Below are positions 41,750 through 53,311 of a stretch of 64,000 nt of DNA, piece by piece. Source of the stretch: a bacterium (lineage in GTDB: Bacteria; SAR324; NAC60-12); the NCBI GenBank assembly GCA_965205865.1, contig CBDBHR010000028.1, positions 64,001 through 128,000 of the forward strand. The letters are read 5' to 3'. Below the pieces are notes generated by a model that was not told the DNA's origin, searched no databases, and saw only the letters and a list, made by a program, of their open reading frames with translations. How positions within the stretch are numbered: position 1 is the first letter of the stretch; every line of letters starts with the position of its first letter. The position numbers were made by a program, and so were the translations under genes.

Positions 41750-42071
41750 TCATGGCCTAGTTATCCCTCTGGTAGGATAGGAGAGGATGACCTCGTAGGT
41801 AAACTTATCGGTTGCAATTTGCCGACAATGGGGTTACCCTGACCGATGATAAAAGGCAGTGTGATGCCTGAAATGGCAGTGTGACTCTCTCTTGTCGCTC
41901 ATACACCAAGATGATGAAAGCGAGAGGACAGAGAAAAACGTTCTCATATGTCGTCAGGCTAAGTGATCAGTGCTGTCATCCGGGTGGAATTTGCTTGAGC
42001 CTCGTGCTTGGAAAGGTGCATGCGAGGATCTGAGAGATCTGGGACTTGGCAACAAGTCCTGGCTACCCGAC
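41750..42071 (+). ncRNA. Group II intron remnant (D5/D6 clear, no RT ORF, 5' end not found)
   Basis: 34-nt D5 GAGCCTCGTGCTTGGAAAGGTGCATGCGAGGATC (41997-42030); D6 GGGACTTG-GCAA-CAAGTCCT...CTACCCGAC ending in AC. Confidence 0.8.
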
Positions 42072-42099
42072 AGGAATTCACAATCATCAGGAGAAAATT

Positions 42100-42312
42100 A
42101 TGAGTAGCAAAGAATTATTAAAAGAAGCCTTGCGTCTAAGGCCCCAAGAAAGATTCGCAATCATTGAGGGGTTGCTAAAAAGCTTGGACGAGCCAGACAA
42201 GGACATTGATGAAATTTGGGCGATTGAAGCCGAAAAGAGATTAAATGCTTATCGATCTGGAGGATTGAAAGGCATTGCCATGGAAGAAATATTTGGGAAC
42301 ACAAAAAAATGA
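42100..42312 (+). CDS. Addiction-module antitoxin component
   Basis: EALRLRPQER...IDEIWAIEAEKRLNAY. Confidence 0.85.
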   Translation: MSSKELLKEALRLRPQERFAIIEGLLKSLDEPDKDIDEIWAIEAEKRLNAYRSGGLKGIAMEEIFGNTKK

Positions 42313-42605
42313 AAATTTTGTTTACTGAATTGGCGAGAGCAGAGTTGATTGACGCGATTGCCTATTATGAAATGGAAGTTCCAGGATTAGGAGAGACATT
42401 CAAGGACGAAGTTGCTTCTGCGACAATGCGCATTAGTCACTTTCCTCAAGCTTGGTCCATCGAACGAGGCGACGTTCGCAAATGTATTATGCATAAATTC
42501 CCCTATAAGGTTTTGTATTCCATTGAAGAAGATCACATTCTGATTATTGCGATTGCGCACCAGCATAGAAAACCCGACTACTGGATCGATGACAAACCTT
42601 CCTAA
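42309..42605 (+). CDS. RelE/ParE-family toxin
   Basis: AELIDAIAYYE..GLG..F, KFPYKVLY, IAIAHQHRKPDYW. Confidence 0.85.
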   Translation: MKILFTELARAELIDAIAYYEMEVPGLGETFKDEVASATMRISHFPQAWSIERGDVRKCIMHKFPYKVLYSIEEDHILIIAIAHQHRKPDYWIDDKPS

Positions 42606-42668
42606 CCAGGCATTTGACCTGATCGCTTTCCGCTATGCTCTAAGCGACAGGTCAACTTTACGTTGGGC
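42600..42668 (+). mobile_element. attC-like integron site 3
   Basis: TCCTAAC (contains the toxin stop)...GTTGGGC; arms TTGACCTGATCGCTT / AAGCGACAGGTCAA. Confidence 0.8.
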
Positions 42669-42862
42669 TCTGCATATCAAACAACATCACAAACATGGAG
42701 TATCTATGTCAAATGATGATTTAGAAGAAGATCGGGAAACTCGTATTGAGAACTTAAAACGTAAAATGAAAAAAGGGGACAGTCCCCTTTTTTCGGGTGT
42801 GGACGCGCCCACTCGGTCACGCCCGATCCCAGCCTGACCATTGTCGTCCTTACCCTCTGAAG

Positions 42863-43666
42863 TCATTCCCCAGCCGGTTGGTCTGGTTTTGACCACCCCT
42901 TGTCGCCAGCCTTCAGACCCCCGTCAACGTTGATGAACGTTCCCGAAACGAAGTCAGAGGCCGGGGAGGCAAGAAACACAGCCGCCCCCGCCAGGTCCTC
43001 CGGCTCGCCTATCCGACCAGCAGGGGTCTCGTCGATGATGTAGGCGTTGCGCTCTTTGTGCTCAAAGACACGGGCGGACATGTCCGTATGGGTCCAACTG
43101 GGCGCCAGCAGGTTGACCTGAATGTTGTCGGCTCCCCAGTCCAGGGCCATGGTCTGCGTCAGGTTCAACAAACCGGCCTTGCTCGCCGAATAGGGCGCAT
43201 TGCCCGCAGCGGCTATCAGGGAATAGCCCGACCCAATATTGATGATTTTGCCCCCTCCGGCTTTTACCAGCATCGGGTGGGCCGCCTGAGAGAACAGGAA
43301 CACCGAGGTCAGGTTGGTATCGATGACCCGATGCCAGGTCTCCAGGGCCACAGTCTGGGTCGGTTCACCGCCGTGACCGATGCCGGAATTGTTGACCAGG
43401 ATGTTGAGGCTGCCCAGTTCGCGGACCGCCATCTCTACGGTGTTGAGGATGTCGTCCTGCTCGAGGACGTCGCAGCGCACCCCGATGCAGCGGCGACCCA
43501 GGGCTTCGATTTCTTTGACGACGGCTGCCGTCTTCTGTTCATTGCGCGCCGCCACGACGATATCCGCCCCGTGCTGTGCCAGCCCCACGGCAATGGCGCG
43601 CCCAATCCCCCCGTTACCGCCGGTAACGATGGCCATCTTTCCGGTAAGATCAAACATGTCACTCAT
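42863..43666 (-). CDS. SDR oxidoreductase (KduD/gluconate 5-dehydrogenase-like)
   Basis: TGGNGGIG, NNSG, YSASK. Confidence 0.9.
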   Translation of the reverse strand: MSDMFDLTGKMAIVTGGNGGIGRAIAVGLAQHGADIVVAARNEQKTAAVVKEIEALGRRCIGVRCDVLEQDDILNTVEMAVRELGSLNILVNNSGIGHGGEPTQTVALETWHRVIDTNLTSVFLFSQAAHPMLVKAGGGKIINIGSGYSLIAAAGNAPYSASKAGLLNLTQTMALDWGADNIQVNLLAPSWTHTDMSARVFEHKERNAYIIDETPAGRIGEPEDLAGAAVFLASPASDFVSGTFINVDGGLKAGDKGWSKPDQPAGE

Positions 43667-43829
43667 GTTACTACCTCCATGTCATAGAAACTCCTCTAAA
43701 GTTCTCATCAATTCCTAGGATTGAGCGAGAGATTCCTCATTTTCTTCGTCATCGATGGGGATGTAGCGCACTGCCCCCCAATTGACGATGCGGTCGTCAT
43801 TCTCAACGCGATACTTTTTCCCATGGTGG

Positions 43830-44392
43830 GTGACGATCTGATTCATGATTTGGCTATACGTTTTTCCGGAGGTTCGCTCCCGCCGGGGAACGGTTCAAAA
43901 GGATACATGTTGGTATCGGCATGTAAGCCCCCGTAATTAAAGTAAATTGTGTCCCCCATAGCCCTCCGGGCCCTGCCATTTGACAATCCCGCTCAAATTC
44001 GAAAGCAGGCAACCGGGACCCAGGTAGTAATCGATCAAGGGCAGAGTCAGGGGATGCTGGATGATTTCCTCAAAAATCGGATCCTTTTCCAGAATCCCGT
44101 GGTAAAAATTTTGGGTTGGGGTGGTACCCGTGCAGTCGGTGAAACCATGTTCCCCGGTCTCCTCATTGGGCCGCACCCCGGTGATTTCTTCCCCAACCCG
44201 TAAGAGCGCTTCTTTGCTTTGCTCAAACAGGCGAGGGTCGCCCATTTGCTCAGGGGAAATCACGGTGAATCCCTGTGCTTCAATCTCTTCCAGATTTTTT
44301 GTGAGGCCACGCGCTTCGATCTGCTGAGAGGCGATTTTTTTCCAATTCTCCCAAGTGCGCCATTCTGACCGTTTTTTGGTAAGCATAATCAT
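43830..44392 (-). pseudogene. Phytanoyl-CoA dioxygenase-family relic
   Basis: IEAQGFTVI..DPIFEEIIQHP..YLGPGCLLS, then a frameshifted GLHAD and early termination. Confidence 0.6.
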
Positions 44393-44489
44393 TCCTTTCT
44401 TATTTTTCTTTATTTAAGTACTTAAGACAGCCAATAATCTTGCTCTGAAAATCATTAAGCTCTCTTTAGGCGAGACCTCGCCTGAGACC

Positions 44490-45398
44490 CGCCATAGCGC
44501 CCTGCAGCACCCCGTAACCGGGGGTCGAGCAAATCCCTGAGGGCGTCGCCGAAAATGTTGAGGCCTTAGACGACAATCATCAGAGCAAGACCAGGCCAGA
44601 TGGACATCAAAGGAGCGAGGAACATGTAAGAGCGTCCGGAGCCACTGAGCATCCCTCCACAGGTAGGCTCCGGGGGGAGATGCCCAAACCCAGGAAGCTG
44701 AGGGCGGCTTCCCCTAAAATCATATTCGGCACAGTTGCCGAAAACAGGATGATGATGGTAGGCATAATATTGGGCAGGATATGTCGGGTTATGATATTCG
44801 TAGTCGGACTGCCAATCGCCACCGCCGCTTCTACATACATATTCTCTCGAATGGCGATAACGGCGCTTCTCATGATCCTTGAAACGCTGATACCGGAGAC
44901 CAACCCCATCGCGATAATCAGCTGCCACATCCCTGGCCCCACGATAGAGACAGCAAATAAGAAAATGATAAACGGGGGAAAGCAAATCCAGCCATCCACA
45001 AACCGCTGCGCCACCATATCGAACTTACCGCCGAAAAACCCGGACGGGACCCCGATCAATAAGGCAATCAGTATCGCCAGAGTAGTCGCCCCGAGACCGA
45101 CAAACATCGAGTTACGAGCCCCAAAGACAATACGGCTATAAATGTCCCGCCCCAGGTTATCCGCCCCGAGGAAATACTTGGTTGAGGGGGGATGCAGGTA
45201 ATCTCTGGGGTGAATGTCGTTCACTCCGTAAGGCGCCAGCCAATCGGTAAAAATACCAGTAAAAAGAAAGAGCAGCAGGATAATCCCCCCAATAAGACCC
45301 AGGGGTTGCTCCTTGACCAGCCTGGTCAAGAACACCACCGGCCTGGCACGTCGCCTGGGCTCCCTGATTTCGGGTGGGATTTCCAGGGTATCATTCAA
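44490..45398 (-). pseudogene. DppC-like permease with 3' frameshifts
   Basis: Intact to LSFLGLG; PEPTCGGMLSG and FGDALRDLLDP lie in other frames. Confidence 0.75.
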
Positions 45399-45409
45399 GA
45401 TCGCTCCTT

Positions 45410-46393
45410 TTATCTATACCGAATCCTGGGGTCCAGGTAGGCGTAGGTCAAGTCAATCACCAGAATGGCCAGCACCAAAATGATAGCGGCAAATATCGTT
45501 ACTCCGGAGACTATGGTATAGTCTCTTTCGTTAATGGACTGTACCAATAAATGACCCAGGCCGGGTAAGCCGAATATCCTCTCTATGATAACGGAACCCC
45601 CAATCACCCACGGTAACATATATCCGATTACGGTGACCACCGGAATGAGGGCGTTGGGAAGCGCATGCCGGAGGATGACCATTCTCTCCTTGAGTCCCTT
45701 TGACCACCCAGTCCTGATGTAATCTTGCCTGAGCACCTCCAGCATCATGGTTCGCGTCATCCTCATGACCATCCCCGACATCAGCATGCCCAAAACAAGA
45801 GAGGGCACGATGAACTGCTCCAGGTTTTTAAGCGGGTCCTCAGTGAAACTGATATACTCTAACGGCGGAGACCACCCCCACCAAACCGAGGGGAAGACTA
45901 TTACCAGCGTCCCCAGCCAGAAGTCGGGCATCGCGATAGCGAGCATAGAAAAGCTGCGCGCGGTGTAGTCCCCCATGGTGTTCTGCCGTATCGCTGAATA
46001 GACCCCGATAGGGAGGGCCAGGAGGACGGCTATTGTCATCGTAAAGATAGCGAGCTCAAAGGTTACTGGTAATCGCTTGAGGACTATCTCAGTCACAGGG
46101 AGCTGGGACCATAGGGATAATCCAAGGCTGCCTTGAAAAAGTCCGGAAAAAGAGCCATGATGGTCCCGAATCACTCCTAACCAGCGTCCGTATTGGACAT
46201 AGTTCGGCGCATCCAGTCCCAAGCTTATTCTTATATTCTCTTCGGTCTTGTCTGTAAAGGACCCCTGCCTCCCAGCTGCCATCTGGGACACTATATCGCC
46301 GGGAATAAAGCGAACAGCGAAGAACACGATGAGACTCGCTACGAATATAGTGGGTATAACCAGGAGTACTCTCCTGATGATGTAGGCTTGCAT
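45410..46393 (-). CDS. DppB-like permease
   Basis: RFIPGD, MLEVLRQDYIRT, LDPRIRY. Confidence 0.9.
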   Translation of the reverse strand: MQAYIIRRVLLVIPTIFVASLIVFFAVRFIPGDIVSQMAAGRQGSFTDKTEENIRISLGLDAPNYVQYGRWLGVIRDHHGSFSGLFQGSLGLSLWSQLPVTEIVLKRLPVTFELAIFTMTIAVLLALPIGVYSAIRQNTMGDYTARSFSMLAIAMPDFWLGTLVIVFPSVWWGWSPPLEYISFTEDPLKNLEQFIVPSLVLGMLMSGMVMRMTRTMMLEVLRQDYIRTGWSKGLKERMVILRHALPNALIPVVTVIGYMLPWVIGGSVIIERIFGLPGLGHLLVQSINERDYTIVSGVTIFAAIILVLAILVIDLTYAYLDPRIRYR

Positions 46394-46538
46394 TTTGTAT
46401 CCTCTTGTTTCTCTACCCTAAACCTCAAAACATAAACCTCCCCCCGTTCACAACGTTATATACACAAATTCGACGGGTATTGCGGCCAAAGTCAAAAAAC
46501 ACCAGGCTCAACGCATTTTTTTGAATCCTGCCTAAGTT

Positions 46539-46611
46539 GTCATTCCCGCGCAGGCGAGAATCCAGGGTTTGAAGCTCCAGACCCCTGGATCCCCGCTTTC
46601 GCGAGGATGAC
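46539..46611. repeat. Palindromic GTCATTCCCGCG...GATGAC element
   Basis: Self-complementary; related copy at 60241-60305. Confidence 0.7.
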
Positions 46612-47267
46612 ATACGGACAAAGTTTTTCAGGAATTCCAACGAAATATGACACTACTCGTCGACTTTGAATATATAGTGTTCTTTTTTAAATTCACTCAC
46701 CCCCTCAACTGAGCCCGGGAGAAGGGAAGTGACCCTCCCCCCGGTTTGTCGGGGTGGACGCGAAGCGGAGAGAAGTATGAGGCCGCTCCATTCCCCGATT
46801 GGCTCATTACTGTCCCAATATTTTTGCCCTTAAATCGCTGTTGATCCAGGCACGAGCGAAAATTTGGCCTACAGAAAAAGTATCGACATCATTGACTTCG
46901 CCTTAGTAGTTCTCTACCCATGGCCAGTATGGCTTCGGCGTAGCCAGGTGTACAAATGGAGTTGGTACATAGCCGAAATAACTTTTCGCCAGTACATTCA
47001 GGTTCAACTCCTTGATGAGCTTAGGGGACCAGGGTGTCTGCTCGATATGCCTCCAATCCGCGATCAATTCAGGGTCATTTACCATGGATAAATTATAAGT
47101 CGCTTTCGGGTTCAAGACAATGTTCCATAAAGTACCATGCGGATTACCAACTGAGTTAGCAAGTATAGTCATCGGAGCATGCGTTTTATTATTTGCCAAG
47201 CCTATCATAGTAGGCCCCTCCCGCAGATCAATTATAACGTCGACTCCGATATCCTTCCACATAGCTA

Positions 47268-49984
47268 GACCCTAGCCGAAAAGGGTTTCGAAAATAGTAA
47301 ATGTAACCAATTTGATTCTATTTGATTCTCTATTTGATTCAATATGACGAGAAAACGATTTTTTTGTTTTTTATTCGCCCACAGCACAGTTTTTATAGGG
47401 AAAAAATCTTTTTTGGACATACTTTCCTCGCCCCTGCTCATATTTCACACTCCCCCATTGAATATTCAGGCCGCTTGTTTGAGTTGTCTTTTTTTCAACT
47501 CAATCATTTTGCAAAAATTATAGGTTAATGCTTTTTCCAGCAACTCTGCCCGAACGTTTTCAATCCCTCTGCGCATAACTTGTCCGAAATGGAAACGATG
47601 CTTAAGATGAAACATCAACGACTCTGCAGCAGATCTTCCATTTCGTGATTCCAAATAGATTTCACTTTCCCATTCTTCAATCGGGGTCATCTTTTTTCCC
47701 TTTGCCCCACTAATACTAAAAACCTTAACGCCTTTGCCCATCCACTTTTCTCTGATCGCCTGATTGGCATATCCATCATCAAGGCTCACTTCAGAGGGAA
47801 TGGTGATGGTGCATCGCAAATGTTCAACAAGGGCAGGGTCGAGTTGCCCTGAATCAGCAGCATTGCCCTCCGGAGTAATTAACACGGAAATAAAACCATT
47901 TCCGCTCCTTCCTAATTGAGGCTTATATCCGATAAGCGCTTCTCGATCTCCCTTTTGAATATAAGCCGAGCTCTGATCGGAAAGACTCAATACTTTCTCA
48001 GTAGAAGGAACCTTCTTTTCTTCAAAAACTCTTTGATGACAGTAGATGATTACCCGTTGCAAATTAGAAATATCTTCATTCATCATTTCAATGAGGCGAA
48101 TCAAACGCGTTTTCCGAGAAGGGGGGAGAAGAGCTTTTTGGGCACGGATATCCACCTTTGCCATTTCTTTTAAAAATTTCCCATGAGCGCTTTGAGCTTT
48201 CTTCAATAGGGTTTTGTAATGTTTTTTTCGCTTCGTTTTACTGTCCTTTTTACCTGTCTCATTCAAAGAAATCAATTTTTTCATCTTAGTATGAAGAAGC
48301 TTATTCATCTCCTTGATGAGGAAATCAAAATTTCTTTCACTGATCTCAGCGATTCAAAAGCAAATGTATCAAGGATCTGAACGCCCCTCGATGAGAATAG
48401 CTTCGCTCCACGAGACGAGTCAATATCGACGAGGATCAGTAGGCGACAAGCTGTATTTCCTTTTACAGAGGTGCTATCGTTCGCAGGAGTTTGAATTAAA
48501 AGTGTGCCTTTTTTATCCAGCAAGTTCACGCTGATTCTGTGGGCTGTGAGCGCCCTTGTCCCAACTCACGACCGCAAGCTCAAGCGTTTTTTGGTTTCTT
48601 CATTTGAGCATCACCTGATGGTGAAGGATGAATTGATGCTGGTCCTCGACCCTGAGTTTCCACCGGCACTCCCGCCTTGCCCTTGCTGATCCACTCGGTG
48701 TGGGGCTCGAAAGGGATCGCAGCAACCCTGCGGATGATTTGGTCATGAGTTTTTTTGCATAGCCCATGTACTCCCGCAAGCGTAGCTGGAGGAGCGCACC
48801 CGTTTTTCCAGTTCCATTGACTCGCATTATTGGCCAAGGACGTATTGAGATATTCCTTGCGCCTCTTTTCTTCACGGGCACGCTTTATTTGCAACTTTCG
48901 AAGTTGAGCTTTTGGATGAGACGATCCACTTCCTGAGGGTTCCGAGCAGAACTGGCAACTCTGTGAAAGTCTGGCGCATCAACCGTCTTACGTGTCGAAG
49001 AGCAGGTTGATGTCGGTCGGATAATGTACATTGGTTTCAACCACAAAGGAGTCGCAGCGTGCACGTAGCGCCTTGCTTGAATCATGAAGTTCAATCTTCT
49101 TCTCCGTGCGAATTCGGGTTGGCCCATCTTTTGGGGCGTTTTTTTTTACCAGCCCATGTCCGACTTTGATAACCAACTGATTGATCTCAAGAAAGGTGTA
49201 TCGTCTGCCGGTTGTATGTCGTTTTATCCTCCCACCCACCATGTGAGCATCTGCCGGATGGTGTCGTGATGGTTAGCCAACTCATGGATGCGGGCTGTTG
49301 AGACCCAGGCGCAGTCAGAATCTTCCACTGTTTGACCCGTTCCAGAACCTTGAATACCGATGCGCGTAATGCTGGCGTGGCGGATAGGGGGGACTTGATC
49401 TTGAAGATTTATGCGAGGTGGCGCAAACTCGGGTTTTTTCAAATCTTCGCGTCACAAATTCTCTAATCCTGTGAAATTGAAGAATTGTCATTTAATATCA
49501 GCAATTTGAGTATTTTTCGGCCAAGCACTAAGTATCCCCGAATCATCATAAAAAGGTAGACTAAAAAAGCCGACATCCGAGGACACCCTATTTCCAGCCT
49601 CAGTTCTTCCGGCTTCAATTCCTCATCTTCTACGGGAAGATGAGGAAGCCATGGATTCCGGGCTTCCTGCCATCGTTTATCCTCTAAACGCTCTTTCTTT
49701 TTATTTCTTGCGTATTTCTCCAAATCCTGTTCAATTTTGTCCAATATCTCCGGCTCTCGCTCAGACAATTGATCAAGTTCTGATAAGAAATTTTCAAATT
49801 CTGTATCAGGAGCCTTACCAACTGAGCTTAAAATAAGATGTTTTTCTGCTCGAATGAATGGTTTCATTTTGGGTGCCATAATTCTTAATATTGAAGTTAT
49901 TCACAGTTATTTCAATGAATTATGGCACTTTTTAACCTCAAGTTTAAAGATATAATTCTAAAAAATACCTTTTCGGCTAGGATC
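47268..49984 (-). mobile_element. IS (IS5/ISNCY-like DDE transposase, broken) with TIRs and 6-bp TSD
   Basis: TIR GACCCTAGCCGAAAAGG / CCTTTTCGGCTAGGATC; TAGCTA duplicated at 47262 and 49985; GYKPQL, SLDDGY, RSAAES. Confidence 0.85.
48525..49530 (-). mobile_element. Nested, degraded ISNCY-family transposase
   Basis: RIHELANHHDTIRQML, RCDSFVVETNVHYPTDINLLFD, FEPHTEWISKGKAGVPVE in separate frames; limits approximate. Confidence 0.7.
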
Positions 49985-51287
49985 TAGCTACCAGAAAAGC
50001 AGCCACATCTTGCTCAGGCTCCTTTGCTATTGTTTGTATGGTACTCTTGAAACCCTTCGGGTAGCCCGCCTCGGCTAATAGTTGCCTCGCACGAACAGGG
50101 TGATACTCAAAATTCTCCCGAGTTGATGGCGGGAGCTTCTCCAGAGGAGTATAGAATTCCTCTGACACTGTTGAATGGACCTCAGCGCTTAAAATATTTC
50201 CTTTACCCCCCCCCACAACGTGTTGATAAAGGCTTCTCGATCTATAGCCATGCTCAGTGCTTTCCGCACCCTGATATCGTCAAAGGGCTTTGTATCCGTC
50301 CTATAGCCGATTCTCCAGGCTCTCTCCGCCACTCTCCCTATCAACTTTAGTTCGGGACTTGATTTTTCTAGCGTCGGGATGAACTTTTGTTCAACGACAT
50401 CATACACGTCAATCTTCCCTGTTCGTAACGCAGCGATCTGGGAGGATTTATCCTGTATTAGAGTTTTTACCATGCGGTCGATAAACGGAATCTCGTATTT
50501 CTTGTCATTGTATACGTAACTGTCCCAGTAATTGGGGTTCTTTGCGTAAGCTACATGGCTGCCTTCCACGTAGTCCTCGAGCAAAAACGGGCCTGTCCCT
50601 ATCCCCACATGATTCCTCCAGTCATCTATCCCCGCCGTCACCAACTCCTCAGGATAGATGGTGCACGCACCCCAAGTGGCGTATCCAAACCACCACCACC
50701 ACTCCATCAAGTATTTATTCGTCTTGAATTCAACCGTGTGCTTATCCGTAGCTGTAATCGACTCCAAGGACTGATATGCAGGAGCCCAATGTTCGTCTTT
50801 CTTTTCCCACCCTATATCACGCTTGTAGCTATAAACTATATCCTCCGCTGTCAGCTCCCTTGATTTCATGACTCCCGGCTTGCCCTGGTACATGATTCCC
50901 TGACGTAGTTTGAAAATAATTGTTTTATCATCGGGTAACGACCAGCTTTCAGCCACCTTACCTTTTAGTAAAGGTAGAGGAGCACCTCCAGATAGATAGA
51001 ACGGATTCTCATTGGTGCCGCGTGGCCCATACTTCTCAAAGTCTGAAGCCATAATGGTCTCAAAATAATTTGAATGATATATAGCTGAGGTCCAGACACC
51101 TCTCTTGGGGTACCAGCTTGTAGGTGGGAAGGCCGCCCCATATCCGTCCAGGAATGTAATACTCCCACCGTATTGCGGCTCTTGGGCTGCCGCCGGACTG
51201 CCCAAGAAGCCTGCCCCCCCTAGAATGAGGGCCAGAATGAGGGCAAGCAGGGTTGTACTGAAGGTTGATTTGCTTTTTAGATTAAAC

Positions 51288-51393
51288 ATAGCGATTTTCG
51301 ATTTCATAAGATTCTCCTTAAAAAAAATACCATCAGGAATGGCAATTACAGAATAGCGATTTTCGATTTCATAAGATTCTCCTTAAAAAAATA
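51288..51393. repeat. ~40-bp direct repeat of the SBP RBS/start region
   Basis: ATAGCGATTTTCGATTTCATAAGATTCTCCTTAAAAAAA at 51288 and 51353. Confidence 0.85.
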
Positions 51394-51519
51394 AATGACA
51401 AAATGACGCTCTCAAGCGCCCATAAGCTGTTTCAAGCGGGAATCCTCCCACAGCTAATTTTGAATCAAACGAGCGGAAGTCCTCTCCTTCCCTGAAACAA
51501 CAAGGCATGATTTCAGCAC

Positions 51520-51800
51520 TACTACGCGGCGCAAAGCCTATAGCAAGTTTGGATCAGGAGAATTGCGCAACAATGGTGATCAGCTATAAAAAGATATATT
51601 GCGGTCCATCTTCGGCATGAGCCAAAAAGCGAATGTTCGCTCCACAGTCCAGCGTTTTTTCCAACGGCGATAATGATCGTAAACGCTTTGCCAGGGAGGT
51701 AAATCATGGGCAAGCATGCTCCACTGACAACCCGTTTTCAGGACATACAAAATCGCATTGACGATGCTATGTTTGCTATGAATACTTTTGGCCACGCAGG
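51520..51800 (-). mobile_element. IS5-family transposase, internally deleted
   Basis: IVNAILYVLKTGCQWSMLAHDLPPWQSVYDHYRRW fused to KRWTVERTFA. Confidence 0.8.
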
Positions 51801-51839
51801 GGGCGGAACGTTTAAAAAAAGGAGAGTTTCAGTAACAAG

Positions 51840-52868
51840 GAGGAGCATGTGAAGCTTGTCCCGGACTTGATCCGGGGGATGCAAAGCCTGAGTGAGCAAC
51901 TCGAGCATGGATTTCCCCTGTTTTCTGCTAGTGGAAATGGGTTCGGATACAAAAAGCCTGCGTTCCTTCAGCAGTTCGCAAGCCGCCTGAGATTTTCTGT
52001 TTCAATTTGACCATGCGGATATCTCTCTCGGCTTGGTTGTTGTCAAAAGGAACTTGAAAGTCATGCATGAATAACAAGCTTTCCTTTTCATAGAGGATCA
52101 AACGATCGAGTAAATTTTTTGCTTTCGTCTGTTTGGGGCGTCCTCGTTTCTTTTTTTGAGGTTTTGCAGGATAGAGATCGAGTGCTTCTTGGCTGATGTC
52201 GTGGTAGCACTGCCGGAAGCGATCGAGTTGGCTTCGACATCCATTCCCGCTTTGCCGCGTTTGTCATGGATAAAATAAAAAGTCATCTGCTCCGTGGAGG
52301 CCGAGTGAAGCCAGCGACGTTGTTTGTTTTCAAAGAGGGAGATCAAACACCTGACGTTTAAGCGTGGACTCGACCGTCACCTTGGATAAGTCTTTTCCAC
52401 AGGCTTCACAGGTGCTGGCAATTCCACATGATCTGGCGATTCACTGAAAGCCAAATGATGGCCTTGATGACCGGCTTGAGCTCCCACGATATTGTTTAAT
52501 CTATCGTGTGGAAACCCTCCGCGAGAGCGACCCCTGTTTTTACCTGAACTTTTGCTCTTGCGACTTACATCGGTGGATGGTGGCTTACTCGATTTTTGGC
52601 TGTTGAGAGCCAGCCGATCTCGTAGTTGCTTATTTTCTGTCTCGAGAGCTTCAATACGTTTGAGGAGTTCTAAGCGCTCTTGCTTCCATTGCTCTCGTTC
52701 TTTTTCAAAGAGTTGACATGCCTCTTGAAGAGCCTCGAGGTGGGGAGTCGATGAAATGGAATCAATATATTTTTGAATTTTCGAGAGCATAAAATCCTTT
52801 CTGGATTTTATGCTATGCAAAATCCGTGCTTAAATCGATGGGCTCTCTGAAGATACCTGAATAGTTAC
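51840..52868 (-). mobile_element. IS66-family element, internally deleted
   Basis: [33 protein letters not shown]; terminus at 52868. Confidence 0.85.
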
Positions 52869-53300
52869 TTTGAAACTCAAGTGTCATTAAAGAATCTAGT
52901 TCCTCTTTATGAGTTGTATGTGTTTGCGTCAAGCAGTTTGAGATGGCCATTTTGAATGTAGCAAAACCCTCATAATATTTTGAGTAAAGGCATTTCTTTT
53001 TGACAAATTTCCAAAGCCTTTCAATCAGATTAAGGTTAGGAGAATACGAAGGCAAATACAAAAGTTCAATACCAAGAAATTCCGCCAATTCCCCAACCAT
53101 TTTACATTTTTGATAGCAGGCCTTATCGAGGACCAGAGTCATCGGAGTTTTCAAGTTCATGTGGTGTAATTTCCAAAGGAGATTACAAATACTTTGAGCG
53201 TTGATATAAGAATCATTGGTCACTGTAACAAGCTGATGAGTGATGGTGTCTATCGCTCCTAATACATTAAATCGTTTTCTGCCAGCGGGAGTTCTTATTT
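52869..53300 (-). mobile_element. IS630-family transposase C-terminal fragment
   Basis: GRKRFNVLGA, LVLDKACYQ, YLPSYSPNLNLIERLWK. Confidence 0.85.
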
Positions 53301-53311
53301 TGATTTTCCTA

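Larger units (their letters stand above)
46807..51307 (-). pseudogene. DppA-like SBP disrupted by IS, frameshift and nonsense codon
   Basis: PQYGGSI..IGTGPF..; shift at the C-run near 50207; FLVA|MWKD joins across the IS; NY*GE at 46903. Confidence 0.85.

Noticed and set aside
41750-42071. Retron or diversity-generating retroelement
   Set aside because: No RT gene and no template/variable repeat pair; the structure matches group II intron D5/D6.
21705-46905. TAA recoding, suggested by in-frame TAA at 22272, 23868 and 46903
   Set aside because: Many intact genes here end in TAA, and the gene broken at 46903 carries other lesions; ordinary nonsense mutation is enough.
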